Source: an uncultured Bacteroidota bacterium (GTDB lineage: Bacteria; Bacteroidota; Bacteroidia; Bacteroidales; VadinHA17). Taken from it: a stretch of 64,000 bases of DNA. The translations under genes were made by a program, and so were the position numbers. Below are positions 8,601 through 18,143 of this stretch, in pieces. The first letter of the stretch is position 1. Each line of letters opens with the position of its first letter. Below the pieces are notes generated by a model. That model ran no database searches. It was not told where the DNA came from and was given only the letters and a program-made list of their open reading frames with translations. Where the stretch lies: the NCBI GenBank assembly GCA_963744745.1, contig CAVUVD010000019.1:427651-491650 (forward strand), written 5' to 3'.

Positions 8601-11600
8601 GATCCTATAATAACCTGTCCTGCAGATGTGACTGCCGCAACGTCCGACGACGGGGGGAATAATTGTAGTACAACAGTTGCTCTTGGAGTAGCAGGAGTAA
8701 CTGACAACTGCGCAGGGTTTACTGTGATTGCTCAGGTAGGTGGGGTTACGATAGATCCTGCCACATACCTGTTTCCAACAGGGATTACTGTTGTAACCTG
8801 GATAGCTACGGATGCCGACAGCAATACAGCGACCTGCACTCAGAATGTTACCGTTACTGACGATGAACCCCCTGTCGCAATAAGCAGGAATTACACAGCT
8901 GTGCTTGATGCATTTGGTAATGCCTCAATCACAACTGCTGATGTCAATAATTCATCAACAGACAATTGTGGGATTGTATCAATGACTGCAGTTCCAAATA
9001 CATTCACTATTGCAAACCTGGGACCGAATACAGTGACACTTACAGTTACTGATGCAGCAGGATTATCCGACACTGACGATTGTACTGTTACTGTTACCGG
9101 GGTGCCTCCGACGGCTTACTATTCATACCAGACCGGTACCTGGGATGACCCGAACACATGGACGAGTGATCCGGGAGGTACAACCGGTCCGGGTACCACA
9201 ATTCCAGGCGATAATGATGTGGTTGTGATACTCACAGGCAGAACTGTTACTCTTGATGCTAATGTCCCCTCGACTAATCTTGATCTTACAATCAACAGCG
9301 GAGGCATTCTTGACCTTTCAACATATGCTTTTACTGGTGCAGGAGGATTATCATCACTGGCAGGTGGTGGTATCCTGAAGCTTTCATCACCTGACTTCCC
9401 GGTCGCGGCAACTAATACATTCGTTACAACTGACGGAGGTACCACAGAGTACAACCATAACGGGGAAATGTCATCAGTACAGTCCATTTACTATAATGTT
9501 ATAATCAGAAGTAGTGGTACGGTGACTCAAAAGAATAATGTCACTATAAACGGTAATCTTGAAATCAAGCAAGGGACATTCCGGATAAATGATGCAACAT
9601 CCCAGCGCTTACAGCTCATCATCAATGGTGATGTAACAGTCGAAAATGGCTGCTCAATGACCGTAGGTACGGGTGTCACCAACTCCACAACCAACCCGCG
9701 GGGAATAAATGGAGTAACAGGAGGATTCGTCAACTATTATGAATTACAGTCTCACAGGGTTCAGATATATGGCAATTTCACGAATGACGGTACAGTACGT
9801 TTTACAAATCTGGCTTATCCTGTATACAATTTCTTTCCGCCAATAGCAGCTGGTCCTACGACAGGTTTTGCAACCGTATATTTCAATGGCGCTGCTGATA
9901 AGACATTGCTGTGTAACGGGCAGACTGATTTTTACAACATCGTTGTTGACAAGGGTACCGACCAGACATATAAATTGACCGTTAATTCAGCAGCCTATGG
10001 TAATTTCAGACTTTATGGAGCAAATAATTCAGAGGGAGAAGTAGTTGCCCCTGCAACAGATGCAAATCCATTACTTAAAAAGGCTCTGTGGATCCGCAAT
10101 GGTACGCTTGAATTGACAGGGTTGGTTATTATTCCATCATTAACTGAAGGAGCAACTGCAGGGCCTCCGTCAAGTGATTTTACAATTCCTGCAAATGGGG
10201 CATTGCTGATGAACGGTGGCGGTGTCATAATACTTGTTTCGGCTGATGATTTCAGGGAGGTCAATGGGGCTTATGGAGTCGCAGCGCCAGATAATGGGTC
10301 AATGGGAATTAACACGGGCGGTGGATCCAGTGCACTTTCCGTGATGGGTAAGATTGAGGTAAACGATGGATACCTGTCGACGAGAGAATCATCAGGTATT
10401 CTTTACTGGCCATATGCTTCTGGTCAGTTTATTCTGAACGGAGGATTTGTTGATACGAAACAATTCCATGGAGCAACAGCAAATACCAGTCTTGTATCTT
10501 ACACGCAAACTGGTGGGATGCTGGAAATAAGAGGGCGTTTTAAACGCACGCCAAATACATTTGATATTAATGGAATAAAAAATCCTCCGCTTATAACATC
10601 GAGAGTAGCAAATGGCATATCAGCTGCAGCAGGTTCTTTCAGCATTACAAACAGTGGAGGTGCAACAGCATTCTCCATGTCCAATGGTACCATAAGAATA
10701 CTTGATGTTTGTGGCACCGGCGCTACCCAGCTTGCATTCCAGGTTCTTTGTGCCCCTGCCGGAATTAATGTTACAGGTGGTACCGTTGATATAAGGCCTA
10801 CAACGGGAACCGTGCTGGCTGATGCAAATCACTTTATTAACACTACTGCACCTGTTTACAACCTGAATATTAACAGGCAGCCTGCAGATACTGCTTCGGT
10901 GAGGCTCAATACAAATCCGCTTTCAGTATTGAACAATCTGAACTTAACAAATGGAGTCTTCATTTCAAGTAATCTTAATCTGACAGTCGGCGGGAACTTC
11001 TCACTTGCCGCCGGTACTCAATATAAGCCCTGGACAAATACTACTACCTTCAATGGCACCGGTAATCAGACTCTCACAGCAAATATTGCTGCTCCATTGG
11101 CTTTTAGTAAGCTTACTATTGATAAACCTGCATCGACCTCGTTAGATCTTGCAGGCACTCAACCGGTGATAAATGTAGCCGGCGATTTCAGGCTTGTGGC
11201 GGCCACTCTTAATGATAATGGCAAAACAATAAACCTCGCAAGAAATGCATTCAACTCCGGAGTTCATGCCGGTGCAGGACGCATTGTCATGTCGGGAAAT
11301 GTCGCTCAATCTATTGATGGTAATGGTAATGGCGTATTCCAGAACCTTGAGCTGAATAATGCATCAGCCCCCGTTTCAATGATCGCCAATACAACTGTCA
11401 ATGGAAACCTGACCTTTTCACAGGACCAGGTATTTAATATCCAGACCTTTAACCTGAAGTTAAATGCAAACGCAACTATTGTTAACAGCGGAGCGCTGAG
11501 GTATATAAGATCATCAGGTAATTCAGGTGACGGAGGATTGACAAAAGATTTCACTGTCTCAAATTCTTTTACATTCCCCATTGGTGTAGGTAACTATACA

Positions 11601-14600
11601 CCTGGAAGCATTATTCTCACAGGTTCTCCGACAACAAGGGGGAATATAACTATTGTCCCTGTTAATTTTGAACATCCAAACGTTACGGCTTTCGGCAGGT
11701 CGATTTCTTATTTCTGGCGTACAAAGTCATCAGGCTTTGTGCTTGGTCCTGCCACCGCTACACATGAATATGTTTACGACCAGTCAAATGTCATCACAGG
11801 TGGCGATGTAGCTGAAGATGGCTATGTACCAGGACGTTTTTACCTTCCTACTAATTCATGGACAAAAGGTATTGCCTCTGAAGTCGATGAAAGCTCGAAT
11901 AAAATTGGAGGAGCCGGATCAGGAACTTTCCTCGTAAATACCAATTTCATCGATGGCGATTATACCGCCGGAGATGATGATGCAACAAGTCCTTTCGGAA
12001 CTCCTTCTATCTATTATAGTAGAATAAATGGTGCAGGCACGGGCAGCGGACTCTGGAATGATGTTAGTTCATGGTCAACAGATGGTGTAGCACAGCATAC
12101 CGGGGCGCCTGCAGGTACGGTGCCCGGAGGTTCAGATATTGTGATCATTGGCGGAAGAGATAGTATTTATCTTTCAAATGAAGCATTCCCTCTTCCGAGT
12201 AACATTGATCCACCGGTTACATATTTCCAGCTTGATAAGGCAGTGGTCAATTGTGCTACATTAAGGATCGAAAAAGGATCATGTCTGGATATCCAGAATA
12301 ACCCCGGAAGTAATTTCGGAATGGTACTCTCACACCCGAATGGCAATGGGAACCTGAGAGTCACAACCAGACATCCCATCACTTTTGATACACCTTATAC
12401 ATATGTGTTCCCCGGAGGTGACTTTTCAGATTTTAACGTAAATAACGGTACAACGGAATTCTACGGGATCAATCCTCAGATAAGTACAGTGACTTTCATG
12501 CCGCTGAATGCGAATTCCTATGGTACGGTGATTTTATCACCGTTAAGGGAATCGAATATATCACTGCCAAATATCAATTCAGTCACTATTTATGGAGATC
12601 TTATAACAAGAGGTTCAAACTGGGAATCATGGCTTGCTATGACATGGAATATTGCAGCATATGGTGCAATAGTACCAAAGACTGTGACAGTCAGGGGCGA
12701 TCTGCTTATCCAGGGAGGATCGTTTCTCTTTATGGGTAATGGTAATATTCAGCAGACAATATCTATTGATGGTGATGTGGTCGTTTATCCCGGTGCGGGG
12801 ATTGATATCTGGGCTCCGTCAACAGCAAGCAAAATGGCAATAGGAGGAAGCCTGATCAATAATTCAAATGACATTCCGGGCATAATCGCTCCCTGGGCGG
12901 GAAGCAGGGTAAGGTTTTATGTGACCAATAGCCAGAAAATTGATGTTGAATTCTTTGGTTCCAATAATGCTTTTATTACAAATACCATTCCTGCCGTTGG
13001 TAATGTTCCTTATACGACATTTGGAAAAGTAACGGTGAATAAAGGAAATTCACCAGCTACTACGCTTACCTGTAATGTTGGTGGATTGCTTTCAACAAAT
13101 GGAACACTTGCTTCTCCCAATGACAACTGGCTAACTCTTCAGAATGGTACACTGATATACCAGAGAACCGGAGATTTCAATATTACCGACAGTTCACAAT
13201 TTACAATATCTACTACTGCCGGCTTGACAATCAATACCCCATCGAATGTCTATATTGGGAGTGGCGCAGTGAATAACAATGATCTTATATTGAACGGAAA
13301 ACTGACAATAATAAATGGTAATGTATTTGTCGGAGCTTCTTCAGGAATCAATGTAAATAATAATGATATTGAATATACTTCGAGCGGGGCATCTGCTCTT
13401 GATATACAGGGGGGAACTTTGTTCGTCAACGGTCAGATCAGGAGGAATCCCCTTAATGCTGGCGGAGTTTTGAAATACAGCCAGTCCGGAGGTTCTGTAA
13501 CAATCAACGGGCAGGCTTCAAATGCTACTAACGCAAAACTGGAAGTCCTTAATGCCGGCAGTAATTTCACTATGTCGAATGGTATCCTTACAATAGTAAG
13601 AGGTAATGGAACTCTCATTACACCGTCTACACCATTTGGCGACTTGTACCTGAGGCCACAGACAGGAAGCGTAACAGGAGGTACAATCCTCTTCTCTCAT
13701 GGTGGAACGGGCGAACAGAACTATTTCCTCGATGCAACTATTCCTGTTAATAATTTAACAATATCCGATGCAGCAGGATTGCCTTCAGCCTTGCGGATCC
13801 TTACAAGCCCTCTGGCTGTAAACGGGAATATGACAATTAATGCAAATTGCGTTCTCAATTCAAATAATGTCAATATTACTTTCAGGGGTAATCTTATCAA
13901 TACACCCGGGCTCGCCGGCTATATATATGGCACTAACCTGACAACATTCAATGCCAGGAATAAGCCTCCATTCAACGGCATTCAGACAATTACAGGTATT
14001 ACTGATTTTTACGATCTTAATGTAAAACCCGGCACATCACTCACATTGAGTGATCCTTCAACTATTAACAGGCACCTTGCTATTGACTCAGGAATTTTTG
14101 TTCTTGGCGATAACCCTGTTCACATTAAGGGGAACCTTATTAATAACGCCAGCTACACTGATGATAATAATCCGGGAAGCGGGATAATTCTGGATGGTTC
14201 TGCTCAGCAGCAGATATCAGGAACCGGGGCTTATGCACGATTAACAATCAATAATGCGGCCGGTGCTACACTTGAAAATAGTATTACCCTTTCAGAAGAT
14301 CTCACGATGACTTCGGGGATCTTTGATATAAAGAAATATCTGCTTACTCTTGGGACGAACAGTTTAATACAGGGTGGTCCTTTCAGCGCTGCGAAGATGA
14401 TCAGCTCCGATGGCGTCTTCAGTGATGTTGGTCTCAGGAAGTTCTTCAATGCAGGGGCTATTGATTTCCTGTACCCGATTGGTACTTCAGGAAAGTATAC
14501 TCCGGCACATTTTGTTGCGTCAGCCAGTGCAACAGTCGGATCTTTAAGGGTTAATAATATAAATTCAAGACATCCTGCAGTTCTGGATCCTGCAAAAGTT

Positions 14601-17600
14601 CTTGATTATTACTGGGAGGTACAGAGTTCAGGGCTTACAGGGTTAACAGGTTCTGTTGAGCTGAATTATTATCAGGAGGATGTGGCAGGGGATGAATCAC
14701 TGTACCTTGCTGCAAGACTTTCGATACCAGGTTCAACCTGGGCAACGTACCCGGGAGTTGATCAGGCTGTTAATAAAATAACAACAAATTACGCGGCTTC
14801 TAATAACCTGAGTGGTGAGTACACCGCAGGTCTTATTGAAGCATTTTATGATGATGTTCCCGAGTTTACTTCAAATAAGAATGGTAACTGGACGGATAAG
14901 ACAATATGGACACAAACAGGAGGAGATCTCCTGCCTGAATGCCCTGATGGTGGTCCAAACGGTTTTATTGTTAATATAAATCACGTTGTTGATCTCAATG
15001 CGGATTATTGCTATGCTTACAGGACTACAATAAATAACAGGCTTAATATACCTGCAACTCATTTTGGGCATAACCTGGGTACTGTATATGGAAGCGGCAG
15101 ACTTTATCTTGAGAAGGGTGCATTTCCGGCAGGTGTTTTTACCACTTTCCTTGATTGTACCAATAATGCTACAGTTGAATATGGCGGAAACGGGACATAT
15201 ACAATTGTCGCTGACCTGTTTGACAATATTTCGAACATAATCTTCTCAGGTACAGGAACACGTGTATTACCGAACAAAGATCTCACAATCTGTAACAGGC
15301 TACTCATTGATGGAAGTACCGGAGTTACATTGGATAATAGCGTATTCAACAAGAAGCTCACTATTCTTGGTACTATCGAAAGAACAGGAACAGGTATCTT
15401 CAAGAGCGGTTCCGGAGCTGGTGCTACTGTCACCTTTGCAGGAACGGGATTACAAACGGTTGGAGGAGCAACCAGCCTTGGTAATTTCACAGGTACCAGT
15501 GCATTTAATAATCTTGAGATTAATAATTCTTCCGGTTTAAGGATAGATGATGACGGAGGAGGAGCAATTGAAGTTAAAGGTAACCTTCTGCTTACCGAGG
15601 GCTTGATTAATACAGGCCCGGGAAGGACTTTAACCATTATCAATTCTGGAATGAACTGTGTCATTCCCGCCGGAGGTAAAGCAACATCATTTATTGACGG
15701 ACCCCTGACAAAACGAATTAGTCAGTATGATAGCTTCCTTTATCCTGTTGGTATTGACCTTTCGGGTCTCAGGGTTTTAGGAAACAGAATAAGGATATCT
15801 TCAACTCAGAGCGGTCCGGACTTATGGACAGTTCAGTATAACCGGCCAAATCACGATGATGACCAGTTTACACCGCCATTGCTGGGAGTTAGCTCGCTGG
15901 AGTCCTATACTATAACCTCAGCTGCCGGGAAACAGGCAAAAGTGAGTATCAACTGGTCACCTACGACCGATGTAAATCCTGTCGTTACAGGAGGTATGGG
16001 TAATATCAGGGTAGCCTGGTTTGATACAGGAACCGGTAAGTGGGTAGGAGCAACAACAACATCTGCCGGTGATAATAATAACGGGACTGCAACAACTACT
16101 GATTTGATGACTTTCACAGGTGTTGATGAATATACTCTTGGCTCAATTACAACTCTTATTCCAAGGGCGCAATTCACGCCTACCGGACCGGTCTGTGGAT
16201 CTTCCGGAATACCTGTTACTTTTACAGCACTTGGTGCGATACCTTTTAATTACCAGCTTACATATACTGTAAACGGAGCTGCAAGACCCTCAGTCCCTGT
16301 GACTCCTGCAGATATGCCGTTCATGCTTGATACTGACGGCGATCCGGGCATTTACCAGTTAACAGGATTTACATATAATAATGGTACTGGAACCGGAGTT
16401 GTTGATGCCACAACTGTTACTGTTAATCCTGATCCTACTGTATCTGATGCGGGTGATGATCAGGCACTCTGCGGAACAACTGTTGCTATACTGGACGGGA
16501 ACGATCCTGCCCCGTTTACAGGTCTATGGAGTATTCAGAGTGGTTCAGGAGGAACAATCCTGACCCCGATGAACCGGGCAAGTCAGTTTAATGGACTGAA
16601 CGGATCATCTTATACTCTAAGATGGACCATCAGCAGCGGATCATGCACTTCCTTTGATGATGTTGTTATCAGTTTCCCGATTCAACCCGATGCTCCTGTT
16701 GCTGCTGGCGCTCAGACATTATGTGGCCCCAGCACAATCGAGGATATCGCGGCTACAGCCCCTGTTGGTTGTAACATCGACTGGTATGGGAATGAATTTG
16801 ATATTAGTCCTTTGGCTGCAGGAACATCACTGGTTTCCGGTCTGACATATTGGGCTGAGTCAGTGGGTGGTACTTGCAGAAGTCTTAACAGGACTTCCGT
16901 TACTATCACAATTAATCCTATTCCTAGTCCGGGACTTGTCGGACCACTTTCTGTATGTATTGGCTCCACCGGCAACAGATATGACACTGAAGCAGGAAAG
17001 TCAAATTATGTCTGGACTTTCACAGGTGGAAACAGGACCGCCGGAGGACTCTCAACCGACAGCTTTATAGAAGTCACATGGACCTCTGATCCTGGCACTG
17101 TAAGTATTAATTATACTGAGGGTGGATGTACTGCTGCTGCTCCTTCAACTGTAACTGTAACAGTTAAAGATGAGCCTACAATTACACTCGGAACAGATCC
17201 CTCAGTCTGTCAGGGATCATTAACGACAAATCTTACATATACTGGAACAACAGGATCCCCTAACAGATATTCACTAGTTTATGATGATCCTGCATTCACA
17301 GATAGGATAAATGTTGTTTTAGCTGGTAGTCCTATAGGCCTTAATATTCCTGCAGGTACTCCGGTTGGTGTCTATACAGCTACGCTGACTGTCTGGAATA
17401 ATGTTGATATGTGTATCAGTGGTAGCTACCCCGTCAGTATTACAGTTACGACACTTCCACAAGGTACCCTTACAGCCAACGGACCGTTCTGCGGCACCGG
17501 TGCAGGCATGCTCACCTGGACAGCAACGAGTGGTACAGGTCCATATACAGTGATATACAATGACGGAACAGCCAACCGCACAGCAAACGGAGTTGTGAGT

Positions 17601-18143
17601 GGGGTACCATTTGCAGTGTTCACCACACCGGTCACCTCAACGACAACCTATACGCTTGTATCGGTAGAAGATGCCACGACATGTATAAGAAGTGCAGGGT
17701 TCACAGGAGGCGCAGCCACAATCACCGTCAACCCGCAGCCACAGGGCAGCCTTGCATCCAACGGACCGTTCTGCATCACCGGTGCAGGCATGCTCACCTG
17801 GACAGCAACGAGTGGTACAGGTCCGTACACAGTGATATACAATGACGGAACAGCCGACCGTACAGAAAATGGAGTAGTAAGCGGAACACCGTTTGCAGTG
17901 TTCACCACACCGGTCACCTCAACGACAACCTATACGCTTGTATCGGTAGAAGATGCCACGACATGTATAAGAAGTGCAGGGTTCACAGGAGGCGCAGCCA
18001 CAATCACCGTCAACCCGCAGCCACAGGGCAGCCTTGCATCCAACGGACCGTTCTGCATCACCGGTGCAGGCATGCTCACCTGGACAGCAACGAGTGGTAC
18101 AGGTCCGTACACAGTGATATACAATGACGGAACATACAGCTAA
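5679..18143 (+). CDS. giant cell-surface adhesin (SprB-like), segment 1 of 4 of one disrupted 22.9-kb reading frame
   Basis: 4154-aa ORF with a signal-like N-terminus (FLLVFLFILIVGGNKVYAQ). Four HYR-like modules lie at about 7810-8865 (PPTIVCPPDV, DPVITCVDV, DPTITCPVDV, DPIITCPADV). A very long G/N/T-rich beta-helix-like region follows. Cys-containing Ig-like modules begin at about 16180. The ORF enters the 282-bp repeat array at about 17454 and stops at an aberrant junction at 18138-18143. Confidence 0.85.
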   Translation: MESQNPLPGQNPFFSFCRGITKRSFLLVFLFILIVGGNKVYAQKYWVGGANGAFSVAANWSASVGGAGGIGIPVAGDQLVFDGTDIDDDPGLQTDAVTVTNISTLSLKSITISNSSDVTFAAAGPVILTLGPAVAPPSDALVISGSTFNISSNITISLLPIGNAVVDATGTFKLTNGSTFNIDATGGGKADVNGTLENAGGTIVAPAGKLRFNANSVYNHTRDGGSIPVATWDPTSTIKVTGIAATQITPFTNDQTFGNFIWNCPLQNISQDIVGNATITVNIKGNLNIIRTGFDALYLVNFVQTPTLTVEGNLVIGDGVNNAQLYTNGSTNNTTVNIGGDLTVNKEGRFQVQIGTTTVNFGINGKSANSNWGGNGTYTNNGISYIIRNQPVGKIVNLNGFSSGIILTVGAVTVNTGATLNCGTQIIGGTGDFTLQAGATLGLGHINGIDGNITTSGTKTYNETGAGTTFNFNSAISGQITGLNLPAAVTNLTISNGVASGVVYLSKSTVVNSTLTLTGGILALQGNDLTLSAGATLAGNPPSVTNMVAPGIGKFYKHFAAPDPTAFTFPIGDLDLVLPALNNYSPVTLDFTSLTADGLVGVGVIDGVHPEMNTGGIPPHYLSRYWHFASTLPGNYIYNVSTYLYDAGDITGTEANMKLSFWNGSAWSIIANSTAAGNILSIPVASPLSNISGPLNGNVFTGRSETCSSDTEPPTIVCPPDVTANTSDDGTGDCETTVVTGIPTVADNCVVDDVIAQIGGVTINPVTYKFPSGITTITWIVTDLAGNSANCNQTITVLDDEDPVITCVDVTRNTSDDGAGNCTTTSPAIPANSDNCIGSTVAATVGGVPIDPGTYLFSLGTTSVTWTITDAAGNSATCNQQVTVVDNEDPTITCPVDVTVPMAPGVCTSKAVLGVPLTSDNCSIASTVAQAGGITIDPATYDFPAGTTIVTWIVTDGSGRTASCDQDVTVSDDEDPIITCPADVTAATSDDGGNNCSTTVALGVAGVTDNCAGFTVIAQVGGVTIDPATYLFPTGITVVTWIATDADSNTATCTQNVTVTDDEPPVAISRNYTAVLDAFGNASITTADVNNSSTDNCGIVSMTAVPNTFTIANLGPNTVTLTVTDAAGLSDTDDCTVTVTGVPPTAYYSYQTGTWDDPNTWTSDPGGTTGPGTTIPGDNDVVVILTGRTVTLDANVPSTNLDLTINSGGILDLSTYAFTGAGGLSSLAGGGILKLSSPDFPVAATNTFVTTDGGTTEYNHNGEMSSVQSIYYNVIIRSSGTVTQKNNVTINGNLEIKQGTFRINDATSQRLQLIINGDVTVENGCSMTVGTGVTNSTTNPRGINGVTGGFVNYYELQSHRVQIYGNFTNDGTVRFTNLAYPVYNFFPPIAAGPTTGFATVYFNGAADKTLLCNGQTDFYNIVVDKGTDQTYKLTVNSAAYGNFRLYGANNSEGEVVAPATDANPLLKKALWIRNGTLELTGLVIIPSLTEGATAGPPSSDFTIPANGALLMNGGGVIILVSADDFREVNGAYGVAAPDNGSMGINTGGGSSALSVMGKIEVNDGYLSTRESSGILYWPYASGQFILNGGFVDTKQFHGATANTSLVSYTQTGGMLEIRGRFKRTPNTFDINGIKNPPLITSRVANGISAAAGSFSITNSGGATAFSMSNGTIRILDVCGTGATQLAFQVLCAPAGINVTGGTVDIRPTTGTVLADANHFINTTAPVYNLNINRQPADTASVRLNTNPLSVLNNLNLTNGVFISSNLNLTVGGNFSLAAGTQYKPWTNTTTFNGTGNQTLTANIAAPLAFSKLTIDKPASTSLDLAGTQPVINVAGDFRLVAATLNDNGKTINLARNAFNSGVHAGAGRIVMSGNVAQSIDGNGNGVFQNLELNNASAPVSMIANTTVNGNLTFSQDQVFNIQTFNLKLNANATIVNSGALRYIRSSGNSGDGGLTKDFTVSNSFTFPIGVGNYTPGSIILTGSPTTRGNITIVPVNFEHPNVTAFGRSISYFWRTKSSGFVLGPATATHEYVYDQSNVITGGDVAEDGYVPGRFYLPTNSWTKGIASEVDESSNKIGGAGSGTFLVNTNFIDGDYTAGDDDATSPFGTPSIYYSRINGAGTGSGLWNDVSSWSTDGVAQHTGAPAGTVPGGSDIVIIGGRDSIYLSNEAFPLPSNIDPPVTYFQLDKAVVNCATLRIEKGSCLDIQNNPGSNFGMVLSHPNGNGNLRVTTRHPITFDTPYTYVFPGGDFSDFNVNNGTTEFYGINPQISTVTFMPLNANSYGTVILSPLRESNISLPNINSVTIYGDLITRGSNWESWLAMTWNIAAYGAIVPKTVTVRGDLLIQGGSFLFMGNGNIQQTISIDGDVVVYPGAGIDIWAPSTASKMAIGGSLINNSNDIPGIIAPWAGSRVRFYVTNSQKIDVEFFGSNNAFITNTIPAVGNVPYTTFGKVTVNKGNSPATTLTCNVGGLLSTNGTLASPNDNWLTLQNGTLIYQRTGDFNITDSSQFTISTTAGLTINTPSNVYIGSGAVNNNDLILNGKLTIINGNVFVGASSGINVNNNDIEYTSSGASALDIQGGTLFVNGQIRRNPLNAGGVLKYSQSGGSVTINGQASNATNAKLEVLNAGSNFTMSNGILTIVRGNGTLITPSTPFGDLYLRPQTGSVTGGTILFSHGGTGEQNYFLDATIPVNNLTISDAAGLPSALRILTSPLAVNGNMTINANCVLNSNNVNITFRGNLINTPGLAGYIYGTNLTTFNARNKPPFNGIQTITGITDFYDLNVKPGTSLTLSDPSTINRHLAIDSGIFVLGDNPVHIKGNLINNASYTDDNNPGSGIILDGSAQQQISGTGAYARLTINNAAGATLENSITLSEDLTMTSGIFDIKKYLLTLGTNSLIQGGPFSAAKMISSDGVFSDVGLRKFFNAGAIDFLYPIGTSGKYTPAHFVASASATVGSLRVNNINSRHPAVLDPAKVLDYYWEVQSSGLTGLTGSVELNYYQEDVAGDESLYLAARLSIPGSTWATYPGVDQAVNKITTNYAASNNLSGEYTAGLIEAFYDDVPEFTSNKNGNWTDKTIWTQTGGDLLPECPDGGPNGFIVNINHVVDLNADYCYAYRTTINNRLNIPATHFGHNLGTVYGSGRLYLEKGAFPAGVFTTFLDCTNNATVEYGGNGTYTIVADLFDNISNIIFSGTGTRVLPNKDLTICNRLLIDGSTGVTLDNSVFNKKLTILGTIERTGTGIFKSGSGAGATVTFAGTGLQTVGGATSLGNFTGTSAFNNLEINNSSGLRIDDDGGGAIEVKGNLLLTEGLINTGPGRTLTIINSGMNCVIPAGGKATSFIDGPLTKRISQYDSFLYPVGIDLSGLRVLGNRIRISSTQSGPDLWTVQYNRPNHDDDQFTPPLLGVSSLESYTITSAAGKQAKVSINWSPTTDVNPVVTGGMGNIRVAWFDTGTGKWVGATTTSAGDNNNGTATTTDLMTFTGVDEYTLGSITTLIPRAQFTPTGPVCGSSGIPVTFTALGAIPFNYQLTYTVNGAARPSVPVTPADMPFMLDTDGDPGIYQLTGFTYNNGTGTGVVDATTVTVNPDPTVSDAGDDQALCGTTVAILDGNDPAPFTGLWSIQSGSGGTILTPMNRASQFNGLNGSSYTLRWTISSGSCTSFDDVVISFPIQPDAPVAAGAQTLCGPSTIEDIAATAPVGCNIDWYGNEFDISPLAAGTSLVSGLTYWAESVGGTCRSLNRTSVTITINPIPSPGLVGPLSVCIGSTGNRYDTEAGKSNYVWTFTGGNRTAGGLSTDSFIEVTWTSDPGTVSINYTEGGCTAAAPSTVTVTVKDEPTITLGTDPSVCQGSLTTNLTYTGTTGSPNRYSLVYDDPAFTDRINVVLAGSPIGLNIPAGTPVGVYTATLTVWNNVDMCISGSYPVSITVTTLPQGTLTANGPFCGTGAGMLTWTATSGTGPYTVIYNDGTANRTANGVVSGVPFAVFTTPVTSTTTYTLVSVEDATTCIRSAGFTGGAATITVNPQPQGSLASNGPFCITGAGMLTWTATSGTGPYTVIYNDGTADRTENGVVSGTPFAVFTTPVTSTTTYTLVSVEDATTCIRSAGFTGGAATITVNPQPQGSLASNGPFCITGAGMLTWTATSGTGPYTVIYNDGTYS

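Noticed and set aside
15104-15664. 186-aa minus-strand ORF inside the giant gene
   Set aside because: It is a shadow ORF opposite a long open coding frame, with a Pro/Val/Leu-rich low-complexity translation.
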